From positions 7,519 through 71,518 of the forward strand of contig CAYSKO010000004.1 in the NCBI GenBank assembly GCA_964431835.1: a stretch of DNA of 64,000 nucleotides, written 5' to 3'. This DNA is from an uncultured Planctomycetia bacterium. Its GTDB lineage: Bacteria > Omnitrophota > Gorgyraeia > 2-02-FULL-51-18. Made by a program: the position numbers and the translations under genes. Below are positions 32,010 through 42,563 of the stretch, piece after piece (the stretch's first letter is position 1; each line of letters starts with the position of its first letter). The notes under the pieces were generated by a model, which did not search any database, was not told the origin of the DNA, and saw only the letters and a list, made by a program, of their open reading frames with translations.

Positions 32010-33100
32010 CAGAACTCTCCCCAAACCAGGAGATCCGGACCGAGGGGCCGGATGGTCCACCGGCGGAAACGAACTGCGGATGAAAGTTTCGCTGGGCCGT
32101 CGCCTCCGACGGAACCGACCGCCGCGCGGCCGCCGACGAGAATCGGAGCGACGATGAAGCAAGCTTCGCGGGCGAAACCGCGCGCAAGAACCTCGGCGGT
32201 GACCTCCCCACCGCCTTCGACCAGCGCCCGCACGACCCCGAGTGCGCCGAGTGCACCGAAAAGCTTCGCGACGTCGACGCGGCCGCGGCGGCCGCCCACC
32301 GCCATGATCTCCGCCTTGCCGCGGTAGCGCCGGGCGACCGATGGCGACGGCTTCTTTACAGTCGCGAGGATAACCATTCCCGGAGAGGAAAAAATCTTTG
32401 CGCGTGGGGGCGTGCGGAGCGAGGAATCGAGAATCACTTTGAGCGCCGGGCGGCCCTTCTTCACGCCGCGCGCGTCGAGGCCGGGATCGTCGCGGAGCAC
32501 CGTGTTCACCCCGACAATCACGGCGTCGGAGCCGGCCCGGAGACCGTGCGCGAAGCGCCGCGCTTCGTCGCCGCTGATCCATTTGGACTCGCCGGTGCGG
32601 GTGGCGATCTTTCCGTCCAGGCTCTGCGCGGCCTTGAGCACGACGTAAGGGGTTTTGGTGCGAACCCAGTGGAAGAAGTCGCGGTTCATCGCTTCGCAGT
32701 CGGTGGCGAGCACGCCCGTATCGACGCGAATACCCGCCTTGCGCAAACGCGCGAAACCTTTGCCGGACACGAGCGGATTAGGGTCCTTGCAACCGGCGAC
32801 GACGCGCCATATCCCCGCGGCTTCGAGCAGGTCGGCGCAGGGCGGCGTCTTGCCGTGGTGGGCGCAGGGCTCCAGAGAGACGTAGATCGTGGCGCCCTTC
32901 GAGCGCACGCCGGCGGCGCGAAGCGCCTCAACTTCCGCGTGCGGCCCGCCGTATGCGCGGTGCCAGCCTTCACCGACGATGCGGCCGCCTTTCACGACGA
33001 CCGCGCCGACCATCGGGTTGGGATGCACGAGGCCCAAGCCCCGGCGCGCGAGCTCGAGCGCCCGGCGCATGAAGCGTTCGTCGTGCGCGGAGGGCTTCAT
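32009..33100 (-). CDS. ribD: Riboflavin biosynthesis deaminase/reductase
   Basis: PNPMVGAV, HAE, LEPCAHHGKTPPC, SLDGKIAT, VEGGG. Confidence 0.96.
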   Translation of the reverse strand: MKPSAHDERFMRRALELARRGLGLVHPNPMVGAVVVKGGRIVGEGWHRAYGGPHAEVEALRAAGVRSKGATIYVSLEPCAHHGKTPPCADLLEAAGIWRVVAGCKDPNPLVSGKGFARLRKAGIRVDTGVLATDCEAMNRDFFHWVRTKTPYVVLKAAQSLDGKIATRTGESKWISGDEARRFAHGLRAGSDAVIVGVNTVLRDDPGLDARGVKKGRPALKVILDSSLRTPPRAKIFSSPGMVILATVKKPSPSVARRYRGKAEIMAVGGRRGRVDVAKLFGALGALGVVRALVEGGGEVTAEVLARGFAREACFIVAPILVGGRAAVGSVGGDGPAKLSSAVRFRRWTIRPLGPDLLVWGEF

Positions 33101-33107
33101 CGCGAGG

Positions 33108-33557
33108 TTAATCGTTCTTCGCGATCTTGTCGAGGATGCCGTTGACGAACTTGGAGGAATCGGGCTCGCCGTAGCGTTTGGCGAGCTCAACAGCTTCGTT
33201 GATGGCGACCTTCACCGGAAGACCGTCGGTGAAACGCATCTCGAAAGTGGACAGTCTGAGAATATTCCGGTCAACGTACGCCATCCGGCGGATCTCCCAA
33301 TTTTCGGCGAACCGCTCGATTGTCTTGTCGATCTCGTCGAGCTTCTCGAGCGTTCCCCGTACGAGGAGTTCTGTGTACGAACGGACATCCTCGTCGTTTT
33401 TTTCGTGTTCGATCGCGTCGCGCTCGGTTTCGGAGAGCGTGAGCTCTCCCCGGTCCTTCCAAAAATCCATGAGCGCCTCTTCGGCGGTCGAGCGGCTCAC
33501 GTCGACCTGGTAGAGCACCTGCAGGGCGAATTCGCGGCTTCTTGTGCGCTTTCTCAA
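33108..33557 (-). CDS. nusB: Transcription antitermination factor NusB
   Basis: TTG 33557; RTRSREFALQVLYQ, DRNILRL, VAINEAVELAKRYG, FVNGILD. Confidence 0.96.
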   Translation of the reverse strand: MRKRTRSREFALQVLYQVDVSRSTAEEALMDFWKDRGELTLSETERDAIEHEKNDEDVRSYTELLVRGTLEKLDEIDKTIERFAENWEIRRMAYVDRNILRLSTFEMRFTDGLPVKVAINEAVELAKRYGEPDSSKFVNGILDKIAKND

Positions 33558-34075
33558 CGCTTTCCCTTCCGGCCGCGCGGTTCGAGGCCGCGGCAGAGAT
33601 TCGCCGTCTCGATCGCGGCGAGCGCCCACTCGCGGCCCTTGTTGGTGTGCTTCACGCCGACGCGGTCGATCGCCTGCTTCACGTTCTCCGCGGGGATCAT
33701 TCCGAGGATCACCGGAATCCCCGCTTCTTTGGAAAGATTCACGAGGCCCGCCGTCGCACCGTTCACGACCTGGTCGAAATGCTTCGTCTCGCCGCGGATC
33801 ACGATCGCGAGCGCGATCACCGCGTCTGGCTTCCCCGAAGCGATGAGCTTGCGTGCCACGAGCGGAATCTCGAACGCCCCGGGCACGTAGGCGACGCGGA
33901 CGTCTTTCTCGCGCGCGCCACTGCGTACGAGCGTGTCGAGAGCGCCGTCCAGGAGCTGGTTCGTCAGGTATTCGTTGAACTGGGACACGACGATCGCTAT
34001 TTTTAAGCCCCGCGCGTCGTACGAACCCTTGAGCCGGCGAACACCGGGAAATTTCTTTTTGCGTGCGTCAGGCAT
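33554..34075 (-). CDS. ribH: 6,7-dimethyl-8-ribityllumazine synthase
   Basis: [35 protein letters not shown]. Confidence 0.96.
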   Translation of the reverse strand: MPDARKKKFPGVRRLKGSYDARGLKIAIVVSQFNEYLTNQLLDGALDTLVRSGAREKDVRVAYVPGAFEIPLVARKLIASGKPDAVIALAIVIRGETKHFDQVVNGATAGLVNLSKEAGIPVILGMIPAENVKQAIDRVGVKHTNKGREWALAAIETANLCRGLEPRGRKGKR

Positions 34076-35270
34076 GCTCGAGGAGGTGTCCCATCTTCTT
34101 TTTCTTCGTACGCAGGTATTTGCGGTTGTGCTCACCGGGCGTCACTTGAATCGGCACGCGTTCGACGACTTCGAGGCCGTAGCCCTCGAGACCGACGATT
34201 TTCTTGGGATTATTAGTCATGAGCTTGATCTTCTTGATGCCGAGGTCCGCGAGAATCTGGGCGCCCACACCGTAATGGCGCAGGTCCGCGGGGAAACCGA
34301 GGCGCTCGTTCGCCTGGACGGTGTCGAGACCCTCGTCTTGAAGTTGATAAGCCTTGAGCTTGTTGAGGAGGCCGATACCGCGGCCCTCCTGGCGCATGTA
34401 GAGGAGAACGCCCGAGCCCTCCTTCTGGATGTGTTCGAGCGCGCGGTCGAGCTGTTCACCACAGTCGCAGCGCTTCGACCCCAGCGCGTCGCCGGTCAGG
34501 CACTCCGAATGCACCCGAACGAGCGCCGGTTTTTTACCGCCCACATTCCCCTTCACAAGCGCGATGTGGTAATCCTTGTCGACCGTCGACTCGTACGCGA
34601 CGAGCTTGAAATCGCCGTAGCGGTTCGTAAGGCGTGTCTCGACGGCCTTGAAGACGAGCTTGTCTTTTTTTCGGCGGTATTCGATGAGGTCGCGGATCGT
34701 GCAGGTCTTGAGCTTGTGGCGGCGCGCGAACTTCGCGAGCTCGGGCATCCGGGCCATCGTCCCGTCGTCGTTCATGATTTCGCAGATGGCTCCGGCGGTC
34801 TTGAGTCCGGCTAGACGCATCAGGTCCACGCAGGCTTCGGTATGGCCGGCGCGCACAAGGACGCCGCCTTCACGCGCGCGAAGCGGAAAGATGTGGCCGG
34901 GGCGCACGAAGTCGCTTTTCGAGGATTTGGGATCAATTAACGAGCGGATCGTTTTCGACCGGTCGTAGGCCGAGATTCCCGTCGTCACCCCTTTTTTCGC
35001 GTCGATAGAGACGGTCCAGGCGGTCTTGAACTCGTCGCCGTCGCCCTGCACCATCAGGTCGATGCCTAGTTTCGCCAGGCGCTCGGACTCCATCGGCACG
35101 CAAACGATTCCGCGGCCGTGCTTCACCATGAAATTCACGTTCTCCGGCGTCGCGTGCTCGGCGGCGACGACGAGGTCGCCCTCGTTTTCGCGGTCCGCGT
35201 CGTCGACGACGATGACGACGCGTCCTTTTTTTAGGTCTGCCAGGATTTCGGGGATCGAGTGCGGTTTCAC
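34068..35270 (-). CDS. ribBA: Bifunctional DHBP synthase / GTP cyclohydrolase II
   Basis: [40 protein letters not shown]. Confidence 0.97.
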   Translation of the reverse strand: MKPHSIPEILADLKKGRVVIVVDDADRENEGDLVVAAEHATPENVNFMVKHGRGIVCVPMESERLAKLGIDLMVQGDGDEFKTAWTVSIDAKKGVTTGISAYDRSKTIRSLIDPKSSKSDFVRPGHIFPLRAREGGVLVRAGHTEACVDLMRLAGLKTAGAICEIMNDDGTMARMPELAKFARRHKLKTCTIRDLIEYRRKKDKLVFKAVETRLTNRYGDFKLVAYESTVDKDYHIALVKGNVGGKKPALVRVHSECLTGDALGSKRCDCGEQLDRALEHIQKEGSGVLLYMRQEGRGIGLLNKLKAYQLQDEGLDTVQANERLGFPADLRHYGVGAQILADLGIKKIKLMTNNPKKIVGLEGYGLEVVERVPIQVTPGEHNRKYLRTKKKKMGHLLEHA

Positions 35271-35280
35271 GGTCTTCCTT

Positions 35281-36309
35281 TTAGAAATACTCGTTCAGAA
35301 ACTCGGCGGCCTTGCGGCGCGTCGCAGACAAAAGACCTTTTTGCGGACGGAGAGCCGTCCGTGAGTGCAGGCGGTCGGCCGCGAGCAAGAGCCCGGCGAC
35401 AGGAGCCTGCGACGCTTGCGAAAGCCCCTCAACGCCCTGGGGATACGCGCGGCGCGTCGCGATGCCGGAGGAAGCGAACGCTTCGAGTGTGGCCTCATCC
35501 TCGGCGAGGTCCCCGGTCAGGAGAAGCTCCTCGGCGCCGCCCGCTTCGGCGGCGGCTTCGGAGACGGCGGCCGCAAGACGGGCGGCCGTCCCGGTCCGCT
35601 CGCACGCTGCGAACGTGCGGTACGCGGAGACGACGGGCCCCGAGCACGCGAAAACGGTCACGACGTCCCGGCCCACGTCGGCCACCACACGGGTCCCCTT
35701 CGCGCCTTCGGGAAGGACGGCCGTGGCGATCGAGAGGGCCGTCGGGTGCGCGATCGCGGTTCCCACGAGCGCCCGGCGGAGGACGGACTGCCAGGCTTCC
35801 CAGTGCTCGGCCCGGGCCAGAAGAACGTGAAGTGTCACGTCAAGCTTCCGGCCGAATGCCCCGACCGGGTCCGGAACAGCATCCCTATCGTCGATTAGAT
35901 AAGCCACCGGGCGGGAGTAGACGATCCGCCGGTCGAACTCTTCGGCCATGCGCTCGGCCGAACGGCACGCGTCGGCGACATCGGAAGCCGCAATCTCCCC
36001 TTCGCCGGCGAGAACTTTCGACCCCGCGATCTTCACCGAGCGCATGCCGGGATCGTCGAAATTATAATGGATCTCATCCACGGTGAAGCCCGCTTGACGC
36101 TCGGCCGCGGCCAGTGCCTCGGCCACGGATTCGGCGGCGTCGCCCACGTGCACAACTTCTCCGCCGCGAACACCGCTCGAATCCGCCCGCCCCGTGGCTG
36201 CCACGCGCAAACCCGCCTCGGTCTTCTCGGCCAGAACAACCGTCACTGCCTCGGCGCCGAAATCCAGCGCCGCGACCGCGTTTCCGCGGATGTTTTTCGG
36301 AAGCTTCAT
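35281..36309 (-). CDS. ftsA: Divergent, internally shortened FtsA-like protein
   Basis: Directly after ftsQ; [14 protein letters not shown], 1C/SHS2 domain ([15 protein letters not shown]), ADVG, LLTG, C-terminal amphipathic helix [10 protein letters not shown]; 342 aa. Confidence 0.8.
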   Translation of the reverse strand: MKLPKNIRGNAVAALDFGAEAVTVVLAEKTEAGLRVAATGRADSSGVRGGEVVHVGDAAESVAEALAAAERQAGFTVDEIHYNFDDPGMRSVKIAGSKVLAGEGEIAASDVADACRSAERMAEEFDRRIVYSRPVAYLIDDRDAVPDPVGAFGRKLDVTLHVLLARAEHWEAWQSVLRRALVGTAIAHPTALSIATAVLPEGAKGTRVVADVGRDVVTVFACSGPVVSAYRTFAACERTGTAARLAAAVSEAAAEAGGAEELLLTGDLAEDEATLEAFASSGIATRRAYPQGVEGLSQASQAPVAGLLLAADRLHSRTALRPQKGLLSATRRKAAEFLNEYF

Positions 36310-37115
36310 CGGGGCCCGATGACGACGTCGTCGAAGCGCAGGTCGATGTATTTGATCTTGGCGCGGTCGAGGCCCACAGTTTTGAGTGTCTGGTCCAGGA
36401 TCTTGAGGCGTTCAATGAAATGGCCGCCGCCGATCCGGATCTCGACGTCGCCGTCAACGATGAGGGAAACGTTGTTCGGGTCGCGCACGTCGATCTTGTT
36501 GAGCGAGTGCCCTTTCAGCACGTCCGAGCTCTTGAGAATCTCCGAGAGTTTGACCGCTTTCTTCGCGTTCGGGTCCGACACGGTGACGCCGACGAAAAGG
36601 CCGGGCTTCGGGGTCTTTACGCCTTCGATGACGGTGAGATTCTTGAACGGTGACGCGGACGACCCCGGTAAAAGCACCATGTCCTTGTCGATCTGGACGA
36701 AACGGCCGAAGTCGACTTGGGCTGAGGGAGTCCTTCGCTTCAGCACCACCTCGACGCGGTTGGGCAGTACACGCTTCACGCGGACTTCCTTGAACTCGGG
36801 GTGCTTGCGCTTGATGACCTGCTGGACGTTCACGAGGTCGAGGTTGATCAGATTCTCGCCAGGGCGAAGCTCACAGAATTCGAACGCTTGGCGGTTCGTG
36901 AGGGTGCCGGCGTTCAGGACCCGCACTTCTTCGAGCCCGAAGGTGGGGGAATTCACCGCGTAGGCGAAGACGCCGCCGAAGAGGAGCACGACGAACGCCA
37001 GCGAGAGGAGAAACTGAAAGGAGCCACGGACGAGGCTCCACAGCGCGGCCGCGACCTTCACGGAAACGGCGGCTCCGTTTTTTCTCTTCACTCGCGTTTT
37101 CAAAGGTTTAACCAT
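36306..37115 (-). CDS. ftsQ: Cell division protein FtsQ/DivIB
   Basis: TM, POTRA (RPGENLINLDL..VRVKRVLPN), C-term YIDLRF. Confidence 0.9.
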   Translation of the reverse strand: MVKPLKTRVKRKNGAAVSVKVAAALWSLVRGSFQFLLSLAFVVLLFGGVFAYAVNSPTFGLEEVRVLNAGTLTNRQAFEFCELRPGENLINLDLVNVQQVIKRKHPEFKEVRVKRVLPNRVEVVLKRRTPSAQVDFGRFVQIDKDMVLLPGSSASPFKNLTVIEGVKTPKPGLFVGVTVSDPNAKKAVKLSEILKSSDVLKGHSLNKIDVRDPNNVSLIVDGDVEIRIGGGHFIERLKILDQTLKTVGLDRAKIKYIDLRFDDVVIGPR

Positions 37116-38034
37116 CGACCCCCACCCTCGCCCGGTTCAAAGACAGTTCCAAGATTTTAACACAAAGCGCGGGAAAGTCGATTCCCGCCGCCTTGGCCGC
37201 TTTGGGGAGCAGGCTCTTGCCCGTGAGGCCGGGAATGGTGTTGATCTCGAGCACGTACGGCTCCCGGTCGTCTTCCGACAGGATCACGTCGACGCGGCCC
37301 ATGACCTCGCAGCCGATCGCGCGGTAAGCCGTGAGCGCCGCGGACCCGACGCGGGCGGCTTCGTCGGCCGAAAGACGCGCCGGCGCCTCGTAGCGCGTGC
37401 CCGACTCTCCGTACTTCGCCTCGTAATCGTAAAATTTACGGCCAGGGATCACCTCCACCACCGGCAGCGCCTCGTCGCCCAAAATGCCGACCGTCAGCTC
37501 GCGGCCCTTCACGAAGCGATCCACCACCGCGTGGTCTGAGAAACGGAACGCCTCCTCGAGCGCCGCCTGAAAACCCGACGGGTCGCGCACGATCGTCACG
37601 CCACAGCTCGACCCGGACGTCGCGGGCTTCACGACGAACGGCGCGCCGAACGGCGCGCGGCCGGGAACAGCGTCTTTAGCGATGACGCGGAAATCGGGAA
37701 CGCGGATGCCCGCCTCCTTAAAAATGGCTTGGGCGCGCGACTTGTCGAAAGAGCGCTCGCTCGCAGCGGCCCCCGCCCCCGTGTAACGGATGCCCTCCGC
37801 CTCGAGGAGGCGTTGGATCTGCCCGTCCTCGCCGAAGGTTCCGTGAAGCGCGATGAACGCGGCCTTGGCTCCCGAGGCGCGAAGCTCCGAAAGGAAATCC
37901 CCAACGGGATCGACCACGACGACTTCGAATCCGGCGGAACGCAGCGCTTCGGCCACGGCCTTTCCGGACACGAGCGAGACTTCGCGTTCGCACGACGGGC
38001 CGCCCGCGAGGACGGCGATTTTTTTGGGAATCAC
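37108..38034 (-). CDS. ddl: D-alanine--D-alanine ligase
   Basis: GTG 38034; GGPSCEREVSLVSG, LHGTFGEDG, GSSCG, FYDYEAKY, LEINTIPGLT. Confidence 0.96.
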   Translation of the reverse strand: MIPKKIAVLAGGPSCEREVSLVSGKAVAEALRSAGFEVVVVDPVGDFLSELRASGAKAAFIALHGTFGEDGQIQRLLEAEGIRYTGAGAAASERSFDKSRAQAIFKEAGIRVPDFRVIAKDAVPGRAPFGAPFVVKPATSGSSCGVTIVRDPSGFQAALEEAFRFSDHAVVDRFVKGRELTVGILGDEALPVVEVIPGRKFYDYEAKYGESGTRYEAPARLSADEAARVGSAALTAYRAIGCEVMGRVDVILSEDDREPYVLEINTIPGLTGKSLLPKAAKAAGIDFPALCVKILELSLNRARVGVDG

Positions 38035-40316
38035 AGGATCTTCACCTCGGTTTCGAGATCGACGTCGAATTTTTTCTTCACTTCCTCCTGCACCTCGCGG
38101 ATGAGCCGCACCACGTCCTCGGAAGACGCGCCGCCCAGATTCACGATGAAATTGGCGTGACGCGCGGATACCTGCGCGCGCCCGACGGTCCGCCCCTTCA
38201 GACCCGCATCGTCGATAAGCTTCCCGGCGCTCGCGCACTGCGCGTTGTCCGGGTTCTTGAACATGCAGCCCGCGCTCGGATGCTGGAGATCCTGGGTTTT
38301 GAAGCGGTAGTCGCGGTATTCCTCCAGGCGCTTCAACGTCTCGGCTTTTTCGGCTGCAGGCAGGCGGAACGCCGCTTCCGCGATCACGACGTCCGTGAGT
38401 CCAGAAGCCCGGTAACGGAACGGGATTTCCTCGCGCTTCATCGCGAACGGCCGGCCGTCGAAACGCACCCCGGCCACTCTCTCGACGCGCGCGTCGATTG
38501 ATTGCTTATGGCTTCCCGCGTTCATCGCGACGGAACCGCCGACGTTCCCCGGGATGCCCGCGAGGAATTCGCAGCCACCTAAGCTCCGCTCCACAGCGAA
38601 CTGGATGAACACGGTGTTCGGTACGCCCGCGCGCGCGACCACGAGGCCGTCCGTCTCCACGCGGATCTCCTTCCAATACGGCCCAGCGAGATGGATCACC
38701 GCGCCGTCCACCCCGTCGTCGGGCGCGACGAGATTGGACCCCGCGCCGATCACCTGGACGGAGATGCCGCTCCGGCGGCAGAAGTCGAGGGCGCGTGCCA
38801 AGTCGTCGACATCCTCCGGTTCGAGCCAGTACTCGGCCGGCCCACCGACCTTCAGCATCGTATGCTTGGAGAGAGGCTCCTCCCGGAGCGTCTTGCCCCG
38901 GAATCCTGGAAAAAGAGGCGCGCGGTCGGGCGACGGCGCGCGGCGCTCGGCAAGCCATTCGGCCGCCTTGTGCGCGATCTGATAAACGTCGCCGGCGCCG
39001 AGCGCGAGAAAAAGATCGCCGGGCTTAAGCTCGGCGAGCACCGCCTCTTCGAGCTTCGCGCGTTCCACGTAGCGCGCGTCGGCGTGGCCGGTCGCCGTGA
39101 CCGCCGCGGCGAGGCGCTCCCCGCTCACGCCCTCGATCGGCGTCTCGCTTGCGGCGTAGACGTCTGTCACGAAAAGCTTATCCACGTCGCCGAAGCTCAC
39201 GGCGAACCCTTCGAGAAAGTCGCGCGTGCGCGTATAGCGGTGCGGCTGGAACGCGGCGAAAAGGCGACGGGGCTTAAGGGCGCGTGCGGCGGCCAGCGTC
39301 TTCTGAAGCTCGGTGGGATGGTGAGCGTAATCGTCAACGATCGTGAATTCGGCGTCTTCGAAACGCACGTCGAAGCGGCGGCCGGCGCCGAGGTATTTCC
39401 CGAGGGCGCGCGAGATCGTCTCGAAGGGAATCCCGATTTTAAGTCCCACGCCGATCGCCGCGAGCGAATTGAGCACGTTGTGCTTACCGATGATGCGAAG
39501 ATGCACGATCCCGAGGCACAGGCCGTCCTTCCAGGCCCGGTACGAGACACCCCGTTTTCCTCCGGGACATTCGACGACGTCGGTCGCGTAGATGCCGGCT
39601 TTGCGGGGCTCGAGCCCGTAGAGGGTCGCGCGGCGCAGGCGCTCACCCGCGAGCTTGGCCACGCGCGGATCGTCGCCGCAGCCAAACCACTCGCCCTCGC
39701 GCGGAAGGCGCTCGATGAACGCGCGGAATGCGTCCTCGACACGCTCCACCGTGCCGAAATGGTCCAGGTGCTCGGCTTCCACGTTTGTGACGACCGCAAG
39801 GTGGGGGGCGAAGCGCAGGAACGACGAGTCGCTCTCGTCGGCCTCGATGACGATCTCGGGGCCGCTGCCCACGACGGCGTTCCCGCCGAACGAGATCACG
39901 AGCCCGCCGACGACGATCGACGGATCGCGGCCCGCCTCCTGCAATACGGTGCCGACGAGCGCGGTGGTCGTGGTCTTTCCGTGCGTGCCAGCGATCGCGA
40001 TGGTGCGCTTGTCGCGGCAGATGTCGGCGAGCGCCTCGGCGCGGTGCATGATCTGGAGTCCCCTCTCGCGCGCCGCGCGGCGCTCGGGATGATCCTCAGG
40101 GATCGAAGAGGAATAAACGACCACGTCCGCGCCGTTGATATGCGAGGCGTCGTGTCCGATCATGATCCGCATGCCGGAGCGCTCCATCGACGTCAGAAGT
40201 TCGGTCTTCTTCACGTCGCTGCCCTGCACGTTCCAGCCGCGCGACTGGTAGATTCGCGCGATGCCGCTCATGCCGATGCCGCCGATACCGATCAGATGCA
40301 CCCGTTTGGCGTTCAT
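38031..40316 (-). CDS. murC: MurC-MurB fusion protein
   Basis: N-term GIGGIGMSGIA, GTHGKTTT, EADESD, DDYAHHP, FQPHRYTRT; C-term GAGSN, GIPGNVGG..MNAG, SAGCMFKNP, HANFIVN, LETEV. Confidence 0.95.
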   Translation of the reverse strand: MNAKRVHLIGIGGIGMSGIARIYQSRGWNVQGSDVKKTELLTSMERSGMRIMIGHDASHINGADVVVYSSSIPEDHPERRAARERGLQIMHRAEALADICRDKRTIAIAGTHGKTTTTALVGTVLQEAGRDPSIVVGGLVISFGGNAVVGSGPEIVIEADESDSSFLRFAPHLAVVTNVEAEHLDHFGTVERVEDAFRAFIERLPREGEWFGCGDDPRVAKLAGERLRRATLYGLEPRKAGIYATDVVECPGGKRGVSYRAWKDGLCLGIVHLRIIGKHNVLNSLAAIGVGLKIGIPFETISRALGKYLGAGRRFDVRFEDAEFTIVDDYAHHPTELQKTLAAARALKPRRLFAAFQPHRYTRTRDFLEGFAVSFGDVDKLFVTDVYAASETPIEGVSGERLAAAVTATGHADARYVERAKLEEAVLAELKPGDLFLALGAGDVYQIAHKAAEWLAERRAPSPDRAPLFPGFRGKTLREEPLSKHTMLKVGGPAEYWLEPEDVDDLARALDFCRRSGISVQVIGAGSNLVAPDDGVDGAVIHLAGPYWKEIRVETDGLVVARAGVPNTVFIQFAVERSLGGCEFLAGIPGNVGGSVAMNAGSHKQSIDARVERVAGVRFDGRPFAMKREEIPFRYRASGLTDVVIAEAAFRLPAAEKAETLKRLEEYRDYRFKTQDLQHPSAGCMFKNPDNAQCASAGKLIDDAGLKGRTVGRAQVSARHANFIVNLGGASSEDVVRLIREVQEEVKKKFDVDLETEVKIL

Positions 40317-41416
40317 CGGGCCGCATTCTCCAAGATGAAATCGGCCAACCGCACGCGTGCCTGGGCGGCGGGGGCGGTTTCGGGAAACGGGGGGCCGGGA
40401 GCGTCCAGATAACGGCCGACGAGCGATGCGAGCGTCGCCGGCGTCAGCGTCTCCTGCTCGACCACGACCGCGTCGCGGCCGCGGGCGTAGGCGCGCGCGT
40501 TGTGGCGCTGGTGGCCGTCGCCGAAAGGATACGGAATCAGGATGGTGGGGATGCGTTTCACCGCGACTTCCGCTAGAAAAGTCGCGCCCGCGCGGCCCAC
40601 CGCGACGTCGGCCGCGCCGTAAGCCAGGTCCATCCGATCAAAGAAGGAATAAGCTTTCGAGCGCAGGCCCATCGCCGCGTAGCGCCGCTCCGCCTCTTCG
40701 GGTTTCATGCGCCCGCAAAGATGAAGCACCTGCGTTCGCTCCTTGAGCGCCGGGACCCACGTCTCGGCCGCCGCGAGAAAAAGAACGTTGATCGATTCCG
40801 CTCCCTGGCTCCCGCCCAGAACGAGCACGGTACGGCGGTCCGGCGCGAAACCGAAGAACTCCAGAGCTTCGCGCCTGCAGTCGCGCTCAATCGACGAACG
40901 GATTGGGTTGCCCGTCACGCGAACGCGGGGCCCCCGACCGAGGCGGCCGCCGGTTTCCTCGTAGGAGAGCGCCACTCCGCGCGCCACGCGCGCGAGAACG
41001 CGGTTGGCGAATCCAGGCGCGACGTTCTGCTCGTGAATCAGCGTCGGGATCCCCATGAACCGCGCAGCGACAACCGCCGGAAACGAGACGTAGCCGCCGA
41101 AACCGACCACCACGTGCGGTTTCTCCTCGCGCAGGAACTCCGCGCAGCGGCGGAAACCCGACGCCAGGCTCTTCAGGAAGGACGGTCGTAAAAGAGATTT
41201 AAGGCCCGCGAACGGGGCCGAGTCGATCGGGCGCGCCGCGCCGTGCGGCGCGTTCTTCAAGATCGCGCTTTCGATGTCCTTTTTTCCGCAAACGTACGTG
41301 ATGCGGGCGTCGGGACGGCGCCTGAGAATCTCCTCCGCCACGGCGATCGCGGGAAAGATGTGGCCGCCGGTCCCGCCGCAGGCGAAAACCACTCGGAGCG
41401 GAGAAGATGGCTGCAT
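40313..41416 (-). CDS. murG: MurG glycosyltransferase
   Basis: GGTGGHIFPA, GFGGYVS, HEQN, TGNPIR, LGGSQGA, RAGA. Confidence 0.96.
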   Translation of the reverse strand: MQPSSPLRVVFACGGTGGHIFPAIAVAEEILRRRPDARITYVCGKKDIESAILKNAPHGAARPIDSAPFAGLKSLLRPSFLKSLASGFRRCAEFLREEKPHVVVGFGGYVSFPAVVAARFMGIPTLIHEQNVAPGFANRVLARVARGVALSYEETGGRLGRGPRVRVTGNPIRSSIERDCRREALEFFGFAPDRRTVLVLGGSQGAESINVLFLAAAETWVPALKERTQVLHLCGRMKPEEAERRYAAMGLRSKAYSFFDRMDLAYGAADVAVGRAGATFLAEVAVKRIPTILIPYPFGDGHQRHNARAYARGRDAVVVEQETLTPATLASLVGRYLDAPGPPFPETAPAAQARVRLADFILENAAR

Positions 41417-41432
41417 GATGAGCCCGATTGTA

Positions 41433-42563
41433 CTACGGAATCGAGGAGGCGGCCACCGGCTTTTCCCCTCGAAGCGCCTCGTCGGCGAGATTGAGGAGAA
41501 GTCCGACAGCCGCGAGGTTCGCCAGGAGCGCAGAACCACCGTAGCTGATGAACGGGAGTGAAAGGCCCTTTGTCGGTAGCGCACCGGTCGACACGCCGAT
41601 GTTGATCGCCGCCTGGAGCCCGATGAGTGTTACGAGGCCGAGCCCGACGAGCTGACTGAAGCGGTCCTTCGCCCGAAACACGATCACCATCCCCGCAAAG
41701 AGGAACACGATGAAGAGGACAACGACGGAGCTCGTTCCGAGGAATCCCAGCTCCTCCCCGATGATCGAGAAGATGAAATCCGTGTGCGACTCGGGTAGAT
41801 AGAAGAGCTTCTGCTGGGAGCGGCCGAGCCCGACGCCGATAAGCCCGCCCGAACCCAGCGCCAGGAACGACTGCACGATCTGGAACCCCGCGCCCTTCGG
41901 GTCTTCCCAGGGATTGAAGAACGCTAGAAGACGCTTGCGGCGGTAGGGTTTGGCGAGCATCGCGAACGCCAGGAGCGGCACGGCCGAGAAAACGATCGCC
42001 GAAAGATGCGCGATGCGGAAACCCGCGACGAAGAACATCACGAAGCAGACGAAAGACACCGTGACCGCGGTGCCGAGATCCGGCTGCAAGAAAACGAGTC
42101 CCGCGCAGAACCCGAGCGTCGCCAGCGCCGGAGCGACCGTGTATTTCAAGTCGTGCAGCGTCGCCTGCTTGCGCTCGAGGAAATCGGCCATGTAAAAGAT
42201 GATCGCGATCTTGAGAAACTCGGAGGGCTGGAAGCTGAAGCCGAGGAACTTGAACCAGCGGCGCGCGCCGCCGGCGGCCGCTCCGATTCCGGGGATAAGG
42301 ACAAGAACAAGAAGGACGATAGCCACTCCCAGGAGCGGCTTCGCGCGCCGGCGGACGGCGGCGAGGTCCATGCGCGCTAAGAGACGCGCGAGCAGAGCGC
42401 CCAGGACCAGATACACGAGATGGCGTTTCAAAAAATACGCGCTGTCCTTCATTTTCTCGTGCGCATAGATCGCGCTCGCGCTGTAGATCATGACGATCCC
42501 GATCGCGACAAGCGTCATCGCCGCCCCGATGAGAAGGGTCTTCGCCCTCCGGAGAGCGTCCAT
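41433..42563 (-). CDS. ftsW: SEDS peptidoglycan polymerase FtsW
   Basis: GARRW, FQPSEFLK, QPDLGT, YLPESHTDFIFSIIGEELG, LPFISYGGS. Confidence 0.96.
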   Translation of the reverse strand: MDALRRAKTLLIGAAMTLVAIGIVMIYSASAIYAHEKMKDSAYFLKRHLVYLVLGALLARLLARMDLAAVRRRAKPLLGVAIVLLVLVLIPGIGAAAGGARRWFKFLGFSFQPSEFLKIAIIFYMADFLERKQATLHDLKYTVAPALATLGFCAGLVFLQPDLGTAVTVSFVCFVMFFVAGFRIAHLSAIVFSAVPLLAFAMLAKPYRRKRLLAFFNPWEDPKGAGFQIVQSFLALGSGGLIGVGLGRSQQKLFYLPESHTDFIFSIIGEELGFLGTSSVVVLFIVFLFAGMVIVFRAKDRFSQLVGLGLVTLIGLQAAINIGVSTGALPTKGLSLPFISYGGSALLANLAAVGLLLNLADEALRGEKPVAASSIP

